From: Flavobacteriales bacterium | GTDB taxonomy: Bacteria; Bacteroidota; Bacteroidia; Flavobacteriales; Flavobacteriaceae | Direction of reading: 5' to 3' | Length of the DNA stretch: 64,000 bases | NCBI GenBank assembly: GCA_011526365.1 | Contig: WTIO01000044.1 | Location: 106,791-170,790 of the forward strand | Shown here: piece after piece, positions 9,613-18,207 of the stretch | Numbering within the stretch: position 1 is the stretch's first letter | Layout of the letters: each line of letters starts with the position of its first letter | Notes under the pieces: model-generated | What the model was told of the DNA's origin: nothing | What the model saw: only the letters and a program-made list of their open reading frames with translations | Database searches by the model: none | Position numbers and translations under genes: made by a program

Positions 9613-10770
9613 ATGAAAAAATCGCTTCAAATAACAGGCTTGGTCCTGGCACTAATCTTTGCTTCGCTATACCTCACCGACTACAAATACATCCTTAAAG
9701 GAATTGGCAACACCTACCTCCGTGGACATACTACTGCATTTTTAACGGATTACAAGTATTTTGATAACGATACTGTTTTTGCTGCACAGCAAGCGCAAGC
9801 CTGGCCAAAGCATATCAAATACGGGAGTCTTCAACTTCCCGAAACCGTTCAGGACTACCACAAAAAAACACAAACCGTGGCCTATGCCATTATCCAAAAC
9901 GACAGTTTGATTTACGAGCAATACGCTAAAGATTTTGGGCCTACCTCAAAAACCAATTCGTTTTCTATGGTAAAAAGTATGGTGAGTGCTATGTTGGGCA
10001 AGGCCATTATGGAAGGGGCTATTTCGGGCTTAGACCAAAAAGCTATTGATTTCCTTCCAGAGCTCCAAGGGCCCTATGCCAACACCCTTACCGTAGGTGA
10101 TTTGGCTGCCATGGCCTCGGGCTTACAATGGAGTGAAAAATACTATTCCCCTTTTTCTGTAACTGCCGCCTCCTACTACATTGAAGACCTTGGCAAATTA
10201 CTGCTAAAACAACCTATTATTGAGCAGCCCAATAACGCCTTTAAATACCTTAGCGGGAGCACCCAACTGCTCGGAATGGCAATTGAAAAAGCCACAGGAG
10301 AAAAACTTGCAGATTATCTCAGCTCGCGCTTTTGGCAACCCATGGGAACCCAGGAAGATGCCATATGGCAAATGGACAGCGCTGAAAAAGGTTTAGTGAA
10401 GGCCTACTGCTGTTTGGCTACCAACGCCCTCGATTTTGCGCGTTTTGGAAAGTTGTACAAAGACTATGGAATGTGGAACGGAACAAGAATTTTAGACTCT
10501 ACCTTCGTCGCCCAGTCCCTACAACCCAAATACGACAATGGCCCTGAATATGGCTACGGCTGGTGGCTAGAAAACTACAAAGGCTTCCGTAGCTTTATGA
10601 TGCGTGGTCATTTGGGGCAATACGTTATTGTACTCCCAGAAATTGATGTGATCATTGTACGCCTGGGACACCTAAAAGGAGACGCGATCGCCAATAATCC
10701 ATTCACCGAAGACATTTATGTGTATATGGATGCGGCACTTGATTTGTTGGGTTATGCTGCAAAAAATTAA
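9613..10770 (+). CDS. Serine hydrolase (beta-lactamase/transpeptidase-like) with an N-terminal membrane anchor
   Basis: SxxK motif (SMVKS) in an FSMVKSMVSAMLGKAI context; hydrophobic N-terminus. Confidence 0.75.
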   Translation: MKKSLQITGLVLALIFASLYLTDYKYILKGIGNTYLRGHTTAFLTDYKYFDNDTVFAAQQAQAWPKHIKYGSLQLPETVQDYHKKTQTVAYAIIQNDSLIYEQYAKDFGPTSKTNSFSMVKSMVSAMLGKAIMEGAISGLDQKAIDFLPELQGPYANTLTVGDLAAMASGLQWSEKYYSPFSVTAASYYIEDLGKLLLKQPIIEQPNNAFKYLSGSTQLLGMAIEKATGEKLADYLSSRFWQPMGTQEDAIWQMDSAEKGLVKAYCCLATNALDFARFGKLYKDYGMWNGTRILDSTFVAQSLQPKYDNGPEYGYGWWLENYKGFRSFMMRGHLGQYVIVLPEIDVIIVRLGHLKGDAIANNPFTEDIYVYMDAALDLLGYAAKN

Positions 10771-11467
10771 CAGTTCCAAGGTTTTATTTTTAGACATAGA
10801 AACTGTTCCCCTACAGGAACACTTCAACCAGCTAGATGCCGAAGCACAAGCCCTTTGGGAACATAAAAGTGCCTACCAGCGTGGTGAAGCAACTCCTGAA
10901 GACTTTTATGAACGTGCAGGTATTTGGGCGGAGTTTGGAAAAATCGTGTGCATTTCTGTGGGTTTTTTTACGCCAAATACTCAGGACGTTCAGTTTCGAA
11001 CCAAAAGCTTTTTAGGGGAAGAAAAAGCCCTTTTATTGGACTTTAAAAGACTACTAGAAGAACATTTTTCAGGACGCCAGCACCTGCTGTGCGCCCATAA
11101 TGGTAAAGAATTTGATTTCCCATACATCGCTCGCAGAATGCTCATTCATCAAATTCCACTTCCTGCAAAACTCAATTTGTTCCAAAAAAAACCCTGGGAG
11201 GTACCGCATTTGGACACCATGCAGCTATGGCGATTTGGAGATTACAAGCACTATACCTCACTAAAACTTCTTACCCACGTTCTTAATATTCCTTCGCCAA
11301 AAGCCGACATTGACGGCAGCCAAGTAGCAGCGGTGTATTACAAAGAAAAAGACCTTGACCGCATAGTGCGCTATTGCGAACAAGATGTAATTGCTATTGC
11401 TCAAGTGTTTTTACGTTATAGAAACGAAGCCCTCCTCAGTCCCGACCAAATCCATAGTGTTGCATGA
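10754..11467 (+). CDS. Predicted 3'-5' exonuclease, PolB-exonuclease-domain-like (DEDD type)
   Basis: Contains Exo I FLDIETVP, Exo II HNGKEFDFPY and Exo III YCEQDV. I prefer the ATG at 10754; the longer ORF-track start at 10718 overlaps the upstream gene. Confidence 0.75.
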   Translation: MLQKINSSKVLFLDIETVPLQEHFNQLDAEAQALWEHKSAYQRGEATPEDFYERAGIWAEFGKIVCISVGFFTPNTQDVQFRTKSFLGEEKALLLDFKRLLEEHFSGRQHLLCAHNGKEFDFPYIARRMLIHQIPLPAKLNLFQKKPWEVPHLDTMQLWRFGDYKHYTSLKLLTHVLNIPSPKADIDGSQVAAVYYKEKDLDRIVRYCEQDVIAIAQVFLRYRNEALLSPDQIHSVA

Positions 11468-13134
11468 AAACAACCCAACTCATAAATGTAGAAAAGCTTC
11501 AGATGACTATTGGGGATACCCTTTTGGTAAAGGGCATAAGTTTTACCCTTGAGGCGCATAAAATTACCGCACTAGTAGGTGCCTCTGGAAGTGGAAAATC
11601 CCTCACTGCACAAAGCCTGTTGGGAATTCAATCCCCAAAAATTAAAGTTGCCTCCAAAAAAATGGAATTTCAAGGCATTCCGCTGCCAGGAGATAATACT
11701 AACGCGTGGGAACAACTTCGGGGGTACAGCATGGGTATGATTTTTCAAGAACCACAATCGAGTTTAAACCCAAGCATGCGGTGTGGGCAGCAAGTACTGG
11801 AAGCCCTTTTAATTCATCAAAACATTTCAAAACAAGTAGCAAAAACAAAAGTGCTTCAGGCCTTTGAAGATGTACAACTCCCCCAGCCCGAACGCATTTA
11901 CAATGCCTATCCTCACGAAATAAGCGGCGGGCAAAAACAACGGGTGATGATTGCACTGGCCCTAATCAATACCCCTGACCTACTTATTGCCGATGAACCA
12001 ACCACCGCACTGGATGTTACTGTTCAAAAAGAAATTGTGCTATTGCTGAAGCAGCTACAGCAAAAACACCAAATGGGCATTCTTTTTATTTCGCACGATT
12101 TGGCGTTGGTACAACATTTTGCAGATACTGTAATGGTGATGCAGGAAGGGGAAATTGTAGAACAAGGAGCCGTAAAAAACGTTTTTTCATCGCCGCAACA
12201 CCCCTATACCAAAGGACTAATACATGCGCGGCCACCGGTAGACAAACGCCCAAAACGCTTGGCCACTATTGCCGACTATATGACCAATACAGTAAATGAA
12301 AAGTGGATAACAAAAAAAGAACGCGAACAAAAGCACCAACACCTCTACCAACAAACGCCGCTCTTACAAGTAGAAGCTTTGCGAAAAGTATATTCTCGTA
12401 AACGCCTCTTTTGGCAAAAGCCCGAAAGTTTTACAGCTGTACATCCCTTGCACTTTGAAATTTACCCCGGAGAAACCTTGGGCTTGGTGGGAGAGTCGGG
12501 CTGTGGGAAATCTACGCTGGCACGTGCCCTCGTATATTTAGACCCTCCCACGGAAGGCAATGTGTTTTTTGAAAACAGAGCCTTACACCACATGAGTGCC
12601 AAAGCCCTAATGCGGGAACGTAAAAATATTCAATACATTTTTCAGAACCCCTATGCTGCGCTGCACCCACAGAAGACCCTAGGGAAAAGCATTGCTGAGG
12701 TGCTACGACACCACAAAATCACGCAAGGTGAACAACAAACACAGGAACGGGTGACTGCCCTCTTGGATCGGGTGGGACTTCCCGCTGCATTTGTACCAAG
12801 ATACCCACATGAACTTTCTGGGGGACAGCGCCAAAGGGCTGTTATTGCTCGCGCTCTGGCTACCCATCCCCGTTTAATTATTTGCGATGAAGCAGTGGCC
12901 GCCTTAGACATTTCGGTACAGGCACAAGTGATCAACCTATTAAAAGACCTACAGCAAGAATTTCAACTCGCCTATTTGTTCATTTCACACGACCTCACCC
13001 TGGTGAAATATGTTTCTGATCGCGTGATGGTTATGCACAATGGACGCGTTGAAGAACTACAAGAAGCCGATCAATTGTACAGCGATCCAAAGAGTAATTA
13101 CACGAAAAAATTAATTGCTGCTCGACCCAGTTAG
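11464..13134 (+). CDS. ABC transporter ATP-binding protein with duplicated ATPase domains (oligopeptide/dipeptide DppD-DppF-like fusion)
   Basis: Two Walker A motifs ([16 protein letters not shown]), two signature motifs ([16 protein letters not shown]) and two Walker B motifs ([24 protein letters not shown]). Its ATG overlaps the exonuclease TGA (ATGA). No permease gene is adjacent. Confidence 0.85.
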   Translation: MKTTQLINVEKLQMTIGDTLLVKGISFTLEAHKITALVGASGSGKSLTAQSLLGIQSPKIKVASKKMEFQGIPLPGDNTNAWEQLRGYSMGMIFQEPQSSLNPSMRCGQQVLEALLIHQNISKQVAKTKVLQAFEDVQLPQPERIYNAYPHEISGGQKQRVMIALALINTPDLLIADEPTTALDVTVQKEIVLLLKQLQQKHQMGILFISHDLALVQHFADTVMVMQEGEIVEQGAVKNVFSSPQHPYTKGLIHARPPVDKRPKRLATIADYMTNTVNEKWITKKEREQKHQHLYQQTPLLQVEALRKVYSRKRLFWQKPESFTAVHPLHFEIYPGETLGLVGESGCGKSTLARALVYLDPPTEGNVFFENRALHHMSAKALMRERKNIQYIFQNPYAALHPQKTLGKSIAEVLRHHKITQGEQQTQERVTALLDRVGLPAAFVPRYPHELSGGQRQRAVIARALATHPRLIICDEAVAALDISVQAQVINLLKDLQQEFQLAYLFISHDLTLVKYVSDRVMVMHNGRVEELQEADQLYSDPKSNYTKKLIAARPS

Positions 13135-13135
13135 G

Positions 13136-14173
13136 CTACACCGCAGGATTGGGTAAGCTGTTGTGAATGGCTTCAATTTCTTCCAACACCGCTGCACTTA
13201 ATGTAACTTCATGCGAAGCAATATTTTCTTTTAGCTGTTCTAAGCTTGTAGCACCAATAATATTGCTGGTAACAAAAGGGCGGTCATTGACAAAGGCCAG
13301 GGACATAGCCGTTAATGATAAACCATGTTGTTGTGCCAAGGCCAAATACTGCTCGGTTGCTAAAGTACAGCTCTCGCTACTGTAGCGCATAAATCGTGGA
13401 AAAAGGGTTAGACGTGCCTTTTCGGGGAGCTTCCCTCCGAGGTACTTTCCTGTGAGCACCCCAAAGCCAAGGGGTGAGTAGGCCAGTAAGCCCATCTGCT
13501 CCCGATGACAGATTTCTGAATGCCCCGTTTCAAAATCACGACACAAAAGGGAATAGGCATTTTGATGGGTGATCATTTTAGGGCGATCCTCATGCGCCGC
13601 CTGAAGAAAACGCATTGTTCCCCAGGGACTCTCATTGGACAACCCAACATGTCGGATTTTTCCGGCCTTAATATTTTCAGCTAGTGCGTCAAGAACAGCT
13701 TCAAAGTTTTCTCGCCAAGGGTCATTTTCATTGTGCACATAAACCCGCTGCCCAAAGCGGTTGGTGGTTCGCTCCGGCCAATGCAACTGATACAGATCGA
13801 TATAATCGGTTTGAAGGCGTTGCAAACTTAAATCAATAGCCTCGTTAATGTGGGCCTTACTAAAACTGAGGTTTTCCCTGATGTGTTTGGTATAATCGCC
13901 AGGACCTGCAACTTTAGTTGCTACCACTACCTTGTCCCGAAGCCCTGTTTTTTTAAACCAGGTGCCCAGTATGCGTTCTGTTTCTCCCTGGGTAGCAGCC
14001 TCTGCCGGAACGGGGTACAATTCGGCAGTATCAAAAAAATTCACCCCTTGGTCGTAAGCATAATCCATTTGTTGGTGCCCTTCAGCCTCGGTATTTTGAT
14101 TGCCAAAGGTCATGGTGCCCAAACAAATTTTACTTACTGAAATATTTGTTTGAGGTAATTTTCTGTATTCCAT
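13136..14173 (-). CDS. NAD(P)H-dependent aldo/keto reductase (Tas-like)
   Basis: 345 aa with the AKR-type N-terminus LGTMTFG...DTAELYP and YIDLYQLHWP. Confidence 0.85.
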   Translation of the reverse strand: MEYRKLPQTNISVSKICLGTMTFGNQNTEAEGHQQMDYAYDQGVNFFDTAELYPVPAEAATQGETERILGTWFKKTGLRDKVVVATKVAGPGDYTKHIRENLSFSKAHINEAIDLSLQRLQTDYIDLYQLHWPERTTNRFGQRVYVHNENDPWRENFEAVLDALAENIKAGKIRHVGLSNESPWGTMRFLQAAHEDRPKMITHQNAYSLLCRDFETGHSEICHREQMGLLAYSPLGFGVLTGKYLGGKLPEKARLTLFPRFMRYSSESCTLATEQYLALAQQHGLSLTAMSLAFVNDRPFVTSNIIGATSLEQLKENIASHEVTLSAAVLEEIEAIHNSLPNPAV

Positions 14174-15070
14174 TTATTCAATCGTCTTCAATAGTTGCGT
14201 GATTTCACTGAGTTTGGGGCTCAAAATAACTTCTATTCTTCTATTGGCTGCACGACCTTGAGGCGAGGTGTTTGGCCCTACGGGCAGGAATTCCCCACGT
14301 CCAGCAGCAGTAAGGTTTTGGGGGAGCACTTGATCATTTTCTAAAAGTAACGTAACAATACTTGTTGCGCGTTTGGTGGATAAATCCCAGTTTCCAGAAA
14401 GTGGGCCTTTGCCAGAGTAGGGAACGTTGTCGGTGTGCCCTTCAATGAGCACATCAATATCGGGATTGTCTTGTAGTACCCCTGCCAATTGGGCAATTGC
14501 TTTTGTTCCTTGGGGACCAACCGTCCAGCTACCGGAATCAAATAAAAGTTTGTTCTCCATGGACACATATACCTTGCCATTGCGTTGCTCCACGGTGAGG
14601 CCTTTTCCTTCAAAATTTAATAAAGCATCAGAAAGAGATTGCACTAAGGTATTCATGGCTTTTTCGTTGGCGGCAATGCGCTGTTCTAATTCGGTCAATC
14701 GCTTTTCCCGCTGAAACAGCACCCCTTCTTTTTCAGCGATTTGAGCCAGCAACTCCTGATTTTCAGAAATTCGTGCTTTAATTGCTGCATCGCTGTTGGT
14801 TTCAAGGGTTGTATAATTTTGTTGTAGGGTTTTTAGTGCTCCTTGGGATTGCGTTAAACTGTCTGCTGTAGCAGTAAGTGACTGTTGTGTTTCTTCCAAA
14901 CGCATTTTTAAGTGGTCATTGGCTTGCAATAGGGAGTCGTGTTGTGCTTCAAGCACATTAAATGCCATTTTGTTTTTGGCATAACGATCCTCCAATGCAT
15001 TAAACACCTTATTGGTTACACAGGCATTACAGAGAAAAAGAAGGCTTAAAAAAAGTAAAAACTGTTTCAT
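14174..15070 (-). CDS. OmpA-family lipoprotein with a long coiled-coil N-terminal half
   Basis: Lipobox LFLCNAC, about 130 aa of heptad-like Q/L/E-rich sequence, and a C-terminal OmpA-like domain (GHTDNVP ... NRRIEVIL). Confidence 0.8.
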   Translation of the reverse strand: MKQFLLFLSLLFLCNACVTNKVFNALEDRYAKNKMAFNVLEAQHDSLLQANDHLKMRLEETQQSLTATADSLTQSQGALKTLQQNYTTLETNSDAAIKARISENQELLAQIAEKEGVLFQREKRLTELEQRIAANEKAMNTLVQSLSDALLNFEGKGLTVEQRNGKVYVSMENKLLFDSGSWTVGPQGTKAIAQLAGVLQDNPDIDVLIEGHTDNVPYSGKGPLSGNWDLSTKRATSIVTLLLENDQVLPQNLTAAGRGEFLPVGPNTSPQGRAANRRIEVILSPKLSEITQLLKTIE

Positions 15071-15843
15071 GATGCTGAAATATTGAGTTCCACACCCACG
15101 GGGCAGTGGTCGGAATGTTTGGCTTCGGGAAGAATATAAGAACGTGCTATGGCAGGGGCTAAGGGTTCCGACACCAAGGTGTAATCAATACGCCATCCTT
15201 TGTTGTTGGCACGTGCATTGGCACGATAACTCCACCATGAGTAGTGGTGAGGGTCGGGGTTTAAACTGCGAAAAGCATCCACAAAACCGTGCTGCATAAA
15301 CCGATCTAACCAAGCGCGTTCTTCGGGTAAAAAGCCCGAAACAGTTTTATTGCGAACGGGGTCATGGATGTCAATAGCCTCGTGACAGATGTTGTAGTCA
15401 CCACAAATCACCAAATTGGGCACTTCTTTTTTTAATTTGTTGATGTACTCCTGAAACTCGTCCATAAACTGAAACTTGTAGTCCAAACGAGCGGTATTTG
15501 TTCCTGAAGGTAAGTACAAGCTGATTACAGAAAACGCATCATAATCTACACGTAAAACACGTCCTTCAAAGTCTATATGGTCAATGCTTGTTCCAAAAGT
15601 GACTTTTTTTGGGGATTGCTTACAAAGAATTGCTACCCCGCTATACCCCTTTTTTTGGGCCGAGTGCCAATAGTGTTTATAGCCCAATGCCTCAAATGCA
15701 GCAGTGTCAATTTGTTCTTCCAGCGCTTTAATTTCTTGAATGCAAAGGACGTCGGGTTGGGCGGCTTCCAGCCATTCTAAGAATCCTTTTTTTACTGCGG
15801 CACGAATGCCATTAACATTATAGGAAAGAATTTTTGTGCCCAT
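15067..15843 (-). CDS. xth: Exodeoxyribonuclease III
   Basis: Contains SYNVNGIRA, CIQEIK, GDYNICH and SDHCPV motifs. Starts at the ATG at 15843; the ORF-track extension to 16026 overlaps glyQS and is rejected. Confidence 0.9.
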   Translation of the reverse strand: MGTKILSYNVNGIRAAVKKGFLEWLEAAQPDVLCIQEIKALEEQIDTAAFEALGYKHYWHSAQKKGYSGVAILCKQSPKKVTFGTSIDHIDFEGRVLRVDYDAFSVISLYLPSGTNTARLDYKFQFMDEFQEYINKLKKEVPNLVICGDYNICHEAIDIHDPVRNKTVSGFLPEERAWLDRFMQHGFVDAFRSLNPDPHHYSWWSYRANARANNKGWRIDYTLVSEPLAPAIARSYILPEAKHSDHCPVGVELNISAS

Positions 15844-15875
15844 GCAGTACGAATTTAAACATTTGATTTGGAGAA

Positions 15876-17417
15876 TTACAGTTTTTGAAGCAGATACTTC
15901 ATCGCTGTTTGCTCCTCCAGCAGTTGGGGAAGTTGCGCAATGGCTACACGTTGTTGTTGCATGCTGTCGCGTTCGCGAAGGGTGACGGTATTGTCCTCTA
16001 GGGACTGGTGATCTACAGTGATGCAAAAGGGGGTTCCAAGTGCATCCTGACGCCGGTAACGCCGTCCCACGGCATCCTTTTCATCATACATCACCTGCAT
16101 ATCCCATTGCAGGGTTTCCCGAATTTTTTGAGCGAGCTCGGGCAGGCCATCTTTTTTCACCAACGGCAACACAGCAGCTTTAACGGGGGCTAAGGCAGAG
16201 GGCAGTTGAAGCACCGTCCTGGTAGCGCCCCCTTCCAAGGTTTCCTCTTTTAGGGCATGAGAAAAAACGGCTAAAAACATCCGATCTAAACCGATAGAAG
16301 TTTCCAATACATAGGGGGTGTAGCTTTCGTTTTGTTCGGGGTCAAAGTACTTTATTTTTTTACCTGCAAATTTTTCGTGGTTGGCCAAATCAAAATCGGT
16401 GCGAGAATGAATACCTTCCAATTCTTTAAAACCAAAGGGGAATTTAAATTCTATATCACAGGCAGCATCGGCATAATGGGCAAGTTTTTCGTGATCGTGA
16501 AAACGGTAATTTTCCTTGGGAATTCCCAAGGCCAGGTGCCAATTCAGGCGCTGTTCTTTCCAGTAGTCGTACCATTTCTTTTGGGTGTTGGGAGGAATAA
16601 AAAACTGCATTTCCATTTGTTCAAATTCTCGCATACGGAAGATGAACTGTCGGGCAACGATTTCATTCCGAAACGCCTTTCCAGTTTGTGCAATACCAAA
16701 AGGCAATTTCATGCGCCCTGTTTTTTGCACATTGAGGTAATTGACAAAAATTCCTTGTGCTGTTTCGGGACGAAGAAACAAATCAGTTGCCGTTTCTGTA
16801 GTAGCACCCAGTTTGGTGCCAAACATCAAATTGAATTGTTTTACCTCTGTCCAGTTGCGTGATCCAGACTCTGGACAGGCTATGCCCAATTCTTCGATGA
16901 GGGCTTTCACATCGGCCAAATCCTCTTTTTCTAGGGACTGCCCCATGCGTTTTAGGATGGTGTCAATTTTTTCCTGATAACCCAAAACTCTGGGGTTGGT
17001 GGCAAGAAACTGCTCCTTGTTAAAGGCTGCGCCAAAACGCTTGGCGGCTTTGGTCGCCTCCTTATCTATTTTAGCTTCAATTTTTGCGGCGTAGTCTTCA
17101 ATAAGCACATCGGCGCGGTAGCGCTTTTTAGAGTCCTTATTGTCAATTAAAGGGTCGTTAAATGCATCCACATGCCCAGAAGCTTTCCAGGTCGTGGGGT
17201 GCATAAAAATGGCCGCATCTATTCCTACGATATTGTCGTGCATTTGCACCATGGCCTTCCACCAAAATTCGCGGATATTTTTTTTAAGCAGGGCCCCGTT
17301 TTGCCCGTAGTCATACACGGCACTTAAACCGTCGTAAATTTCACTAGAGGGGAATACATAACCGTATTCTTTTGCGTGGGAAATGATTTTTTTAAAGGAG
17401 TCGTTTTCTTTTGCCAT
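15876..17417 (-). CDS. glyQS: Glycine--tRNA ligase (class II, dimeric type)
   Basis: Starts MAKENDSFKKIISHAKEYGYVFPSSEIYDGLSAVYDYG and contains RPETAQGIF and GLDRM motifs. The ATG at 17417 is preferred. Confidence 0.93.
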   Translation of the reverse strand: MAKENDSFKKIISHAKEYGYVFPSSEIYDGLSAVYDYGQNGALLKKNIREFWWKAMVQMHDNIVGIDAAIFMHPTTWKASGHVDAFNDPLIDNKDSKKRYRADVLIEDYAAKIEAKIDKEATKAAKRFGAAFNKEQFLATNPRVLGYQEKIDTILKRMGQSLEKEDLADVKALIEELGIACPESGSRNWTEVKQFNLMFGTKLGATTETATDLFLRPETAQGIFVNYLNVQKTGRMKLPFGIAQTGKAFRNEIVARQFIFRMREFEQMEMQFFIPPNTQKKWYDYWKEQRLNWHLALGIPKENYRFHDHEKLAHYADAACDIEFKFPFGFKELEGIHSRTDFDLANHEKFAGKKIKYFDPEQNESYTPYVLETSIGLDRMFLAVFSHALKEETLEGGATRTVLQLPSALAPVKAAVLPLVKKDGLPELAQKIRETLQWDMQVMYDEKDAVGRRYRRQDALGTPFCITVDHQSLEDNTVTLRERDSMQQQRVAIAQLPQLLEEQTAMKYLLQKL

Positions 17418-17421
17418 GGGG

Positions 17422-17429
17422 CAAAAATA
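17422..17429 (-). promoter_or_regulatory. -7 promoter box TATTTTTG placed 4 nt from the glyQS ATG; predicts a leaderless mRNA
   Basis: The minus strand reads TATTTTTG-cccc-ATG, an exact TAnnTTTG match. Confidence 0.45.
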
Positions 17430-17469
17430 CTGCTTTTTATTATCTTTAAGTAGCCCTAAATTCAATTCT

Positions 17470-18171
17470 GTGAACAGAAAAATTACTTCTTTGTTTCGCG
17501 CTTTACATCAGGTGTTTTTTCCACTTTTTTGCCCGGGCTGTGGCGGCGTATTAACGGAAAATGAAAGGCCCCTTTGTTTTCACTGCCAGTTACAACTGCC
17601 GTGGACGCATTTTCACCTATTACCTGAAAATCCCATGTGGGAGCAGGTGAACAAAAGGGCTCGCATTCAGCATGCCACGGCATTGTTTTTCTTTGAGCCC
17701 CAATCTATCGTGCAGTCGAGTATTCACGCCTTAAAATACAAGGGGCAATAAACACTTGGCGCCTACTTTGGCCAGCTTTTAGGACACTGCCTAAAGGCTA
17801 CGGTATTCTGCCAATGCACTGCAATAGTCCCCGTGCCTTTACATCCAAAACGAAAAAAACAACGGGGCTACAATCAAGTGATGCGCTTTGCCGAAAGCCT
17901 TAGCGAGGAGTTAGGGGTACCCGTGAAAACTACGGTAATAAAACGAATCAAACACACCTCCTCCCTAGCCCTAGGCAGTTACAAAAACCGATGGGAATCC
18001 ATGGCTACAGCTTTTGAGCCCCTTCCACAAACCGCTGCAACACCACAGCATTGGTTGTTGGTGGACGACGTCCTCACCACAGGGGCCACAATTACTTCTT
18101 GTGCCAAGGCACTGCTTTCCTTTCCCTATTCAAAAGTGAGTATTGCTACCATTGCATATAGGATGTCATAA
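17470..18171 (+). pseudogene. comF: ComF-family protein (amidophosphoribosyltransferase-like) interrupted by one in-frame TAA at 17749-17751
   Basis: The two track ORFs (17383-17751 and 17833-18171) are in the same frame. Read-through gives ...HALKYKGQ*TLGAYFGQLLG...IVPVPLHPKRKKQRGYNQ. It has an N-terminal CPGCGG...CFHCQ zinc-ribbon and a C-terminal LLVDDVLTTGAT PRTase motif. The start is uncertain: GTG at 17470 or ATG at 17416. Confidence 0.8.
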
Positions 18172-18207
18172 GAATTATATGTTATTTTGTTGCAATTTCA
18201 ACGACTA

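Noticed and set aside
10718-10753. The longer start (10718) for the exonuclease ORF, which gives a 53-nt overlap with the serine hydrolase gene.
   Set aside because: The extension (MCIWMRHLICWV) has no support. The ATG at 10754 precedes the Exo I motif at a typical distance and reduces the overlap to 17 nt.
15844-16026. N-terminal 61-codon extension of the xth ORF that overlaps the glyQS 3' end.
   Set aside because: The extension is Arg/Thr/His-rich with no homology-like features. The conserved ExoIII N-terminus (MGTKILSYNVNGIR) begins at the internal ATG at 15843.
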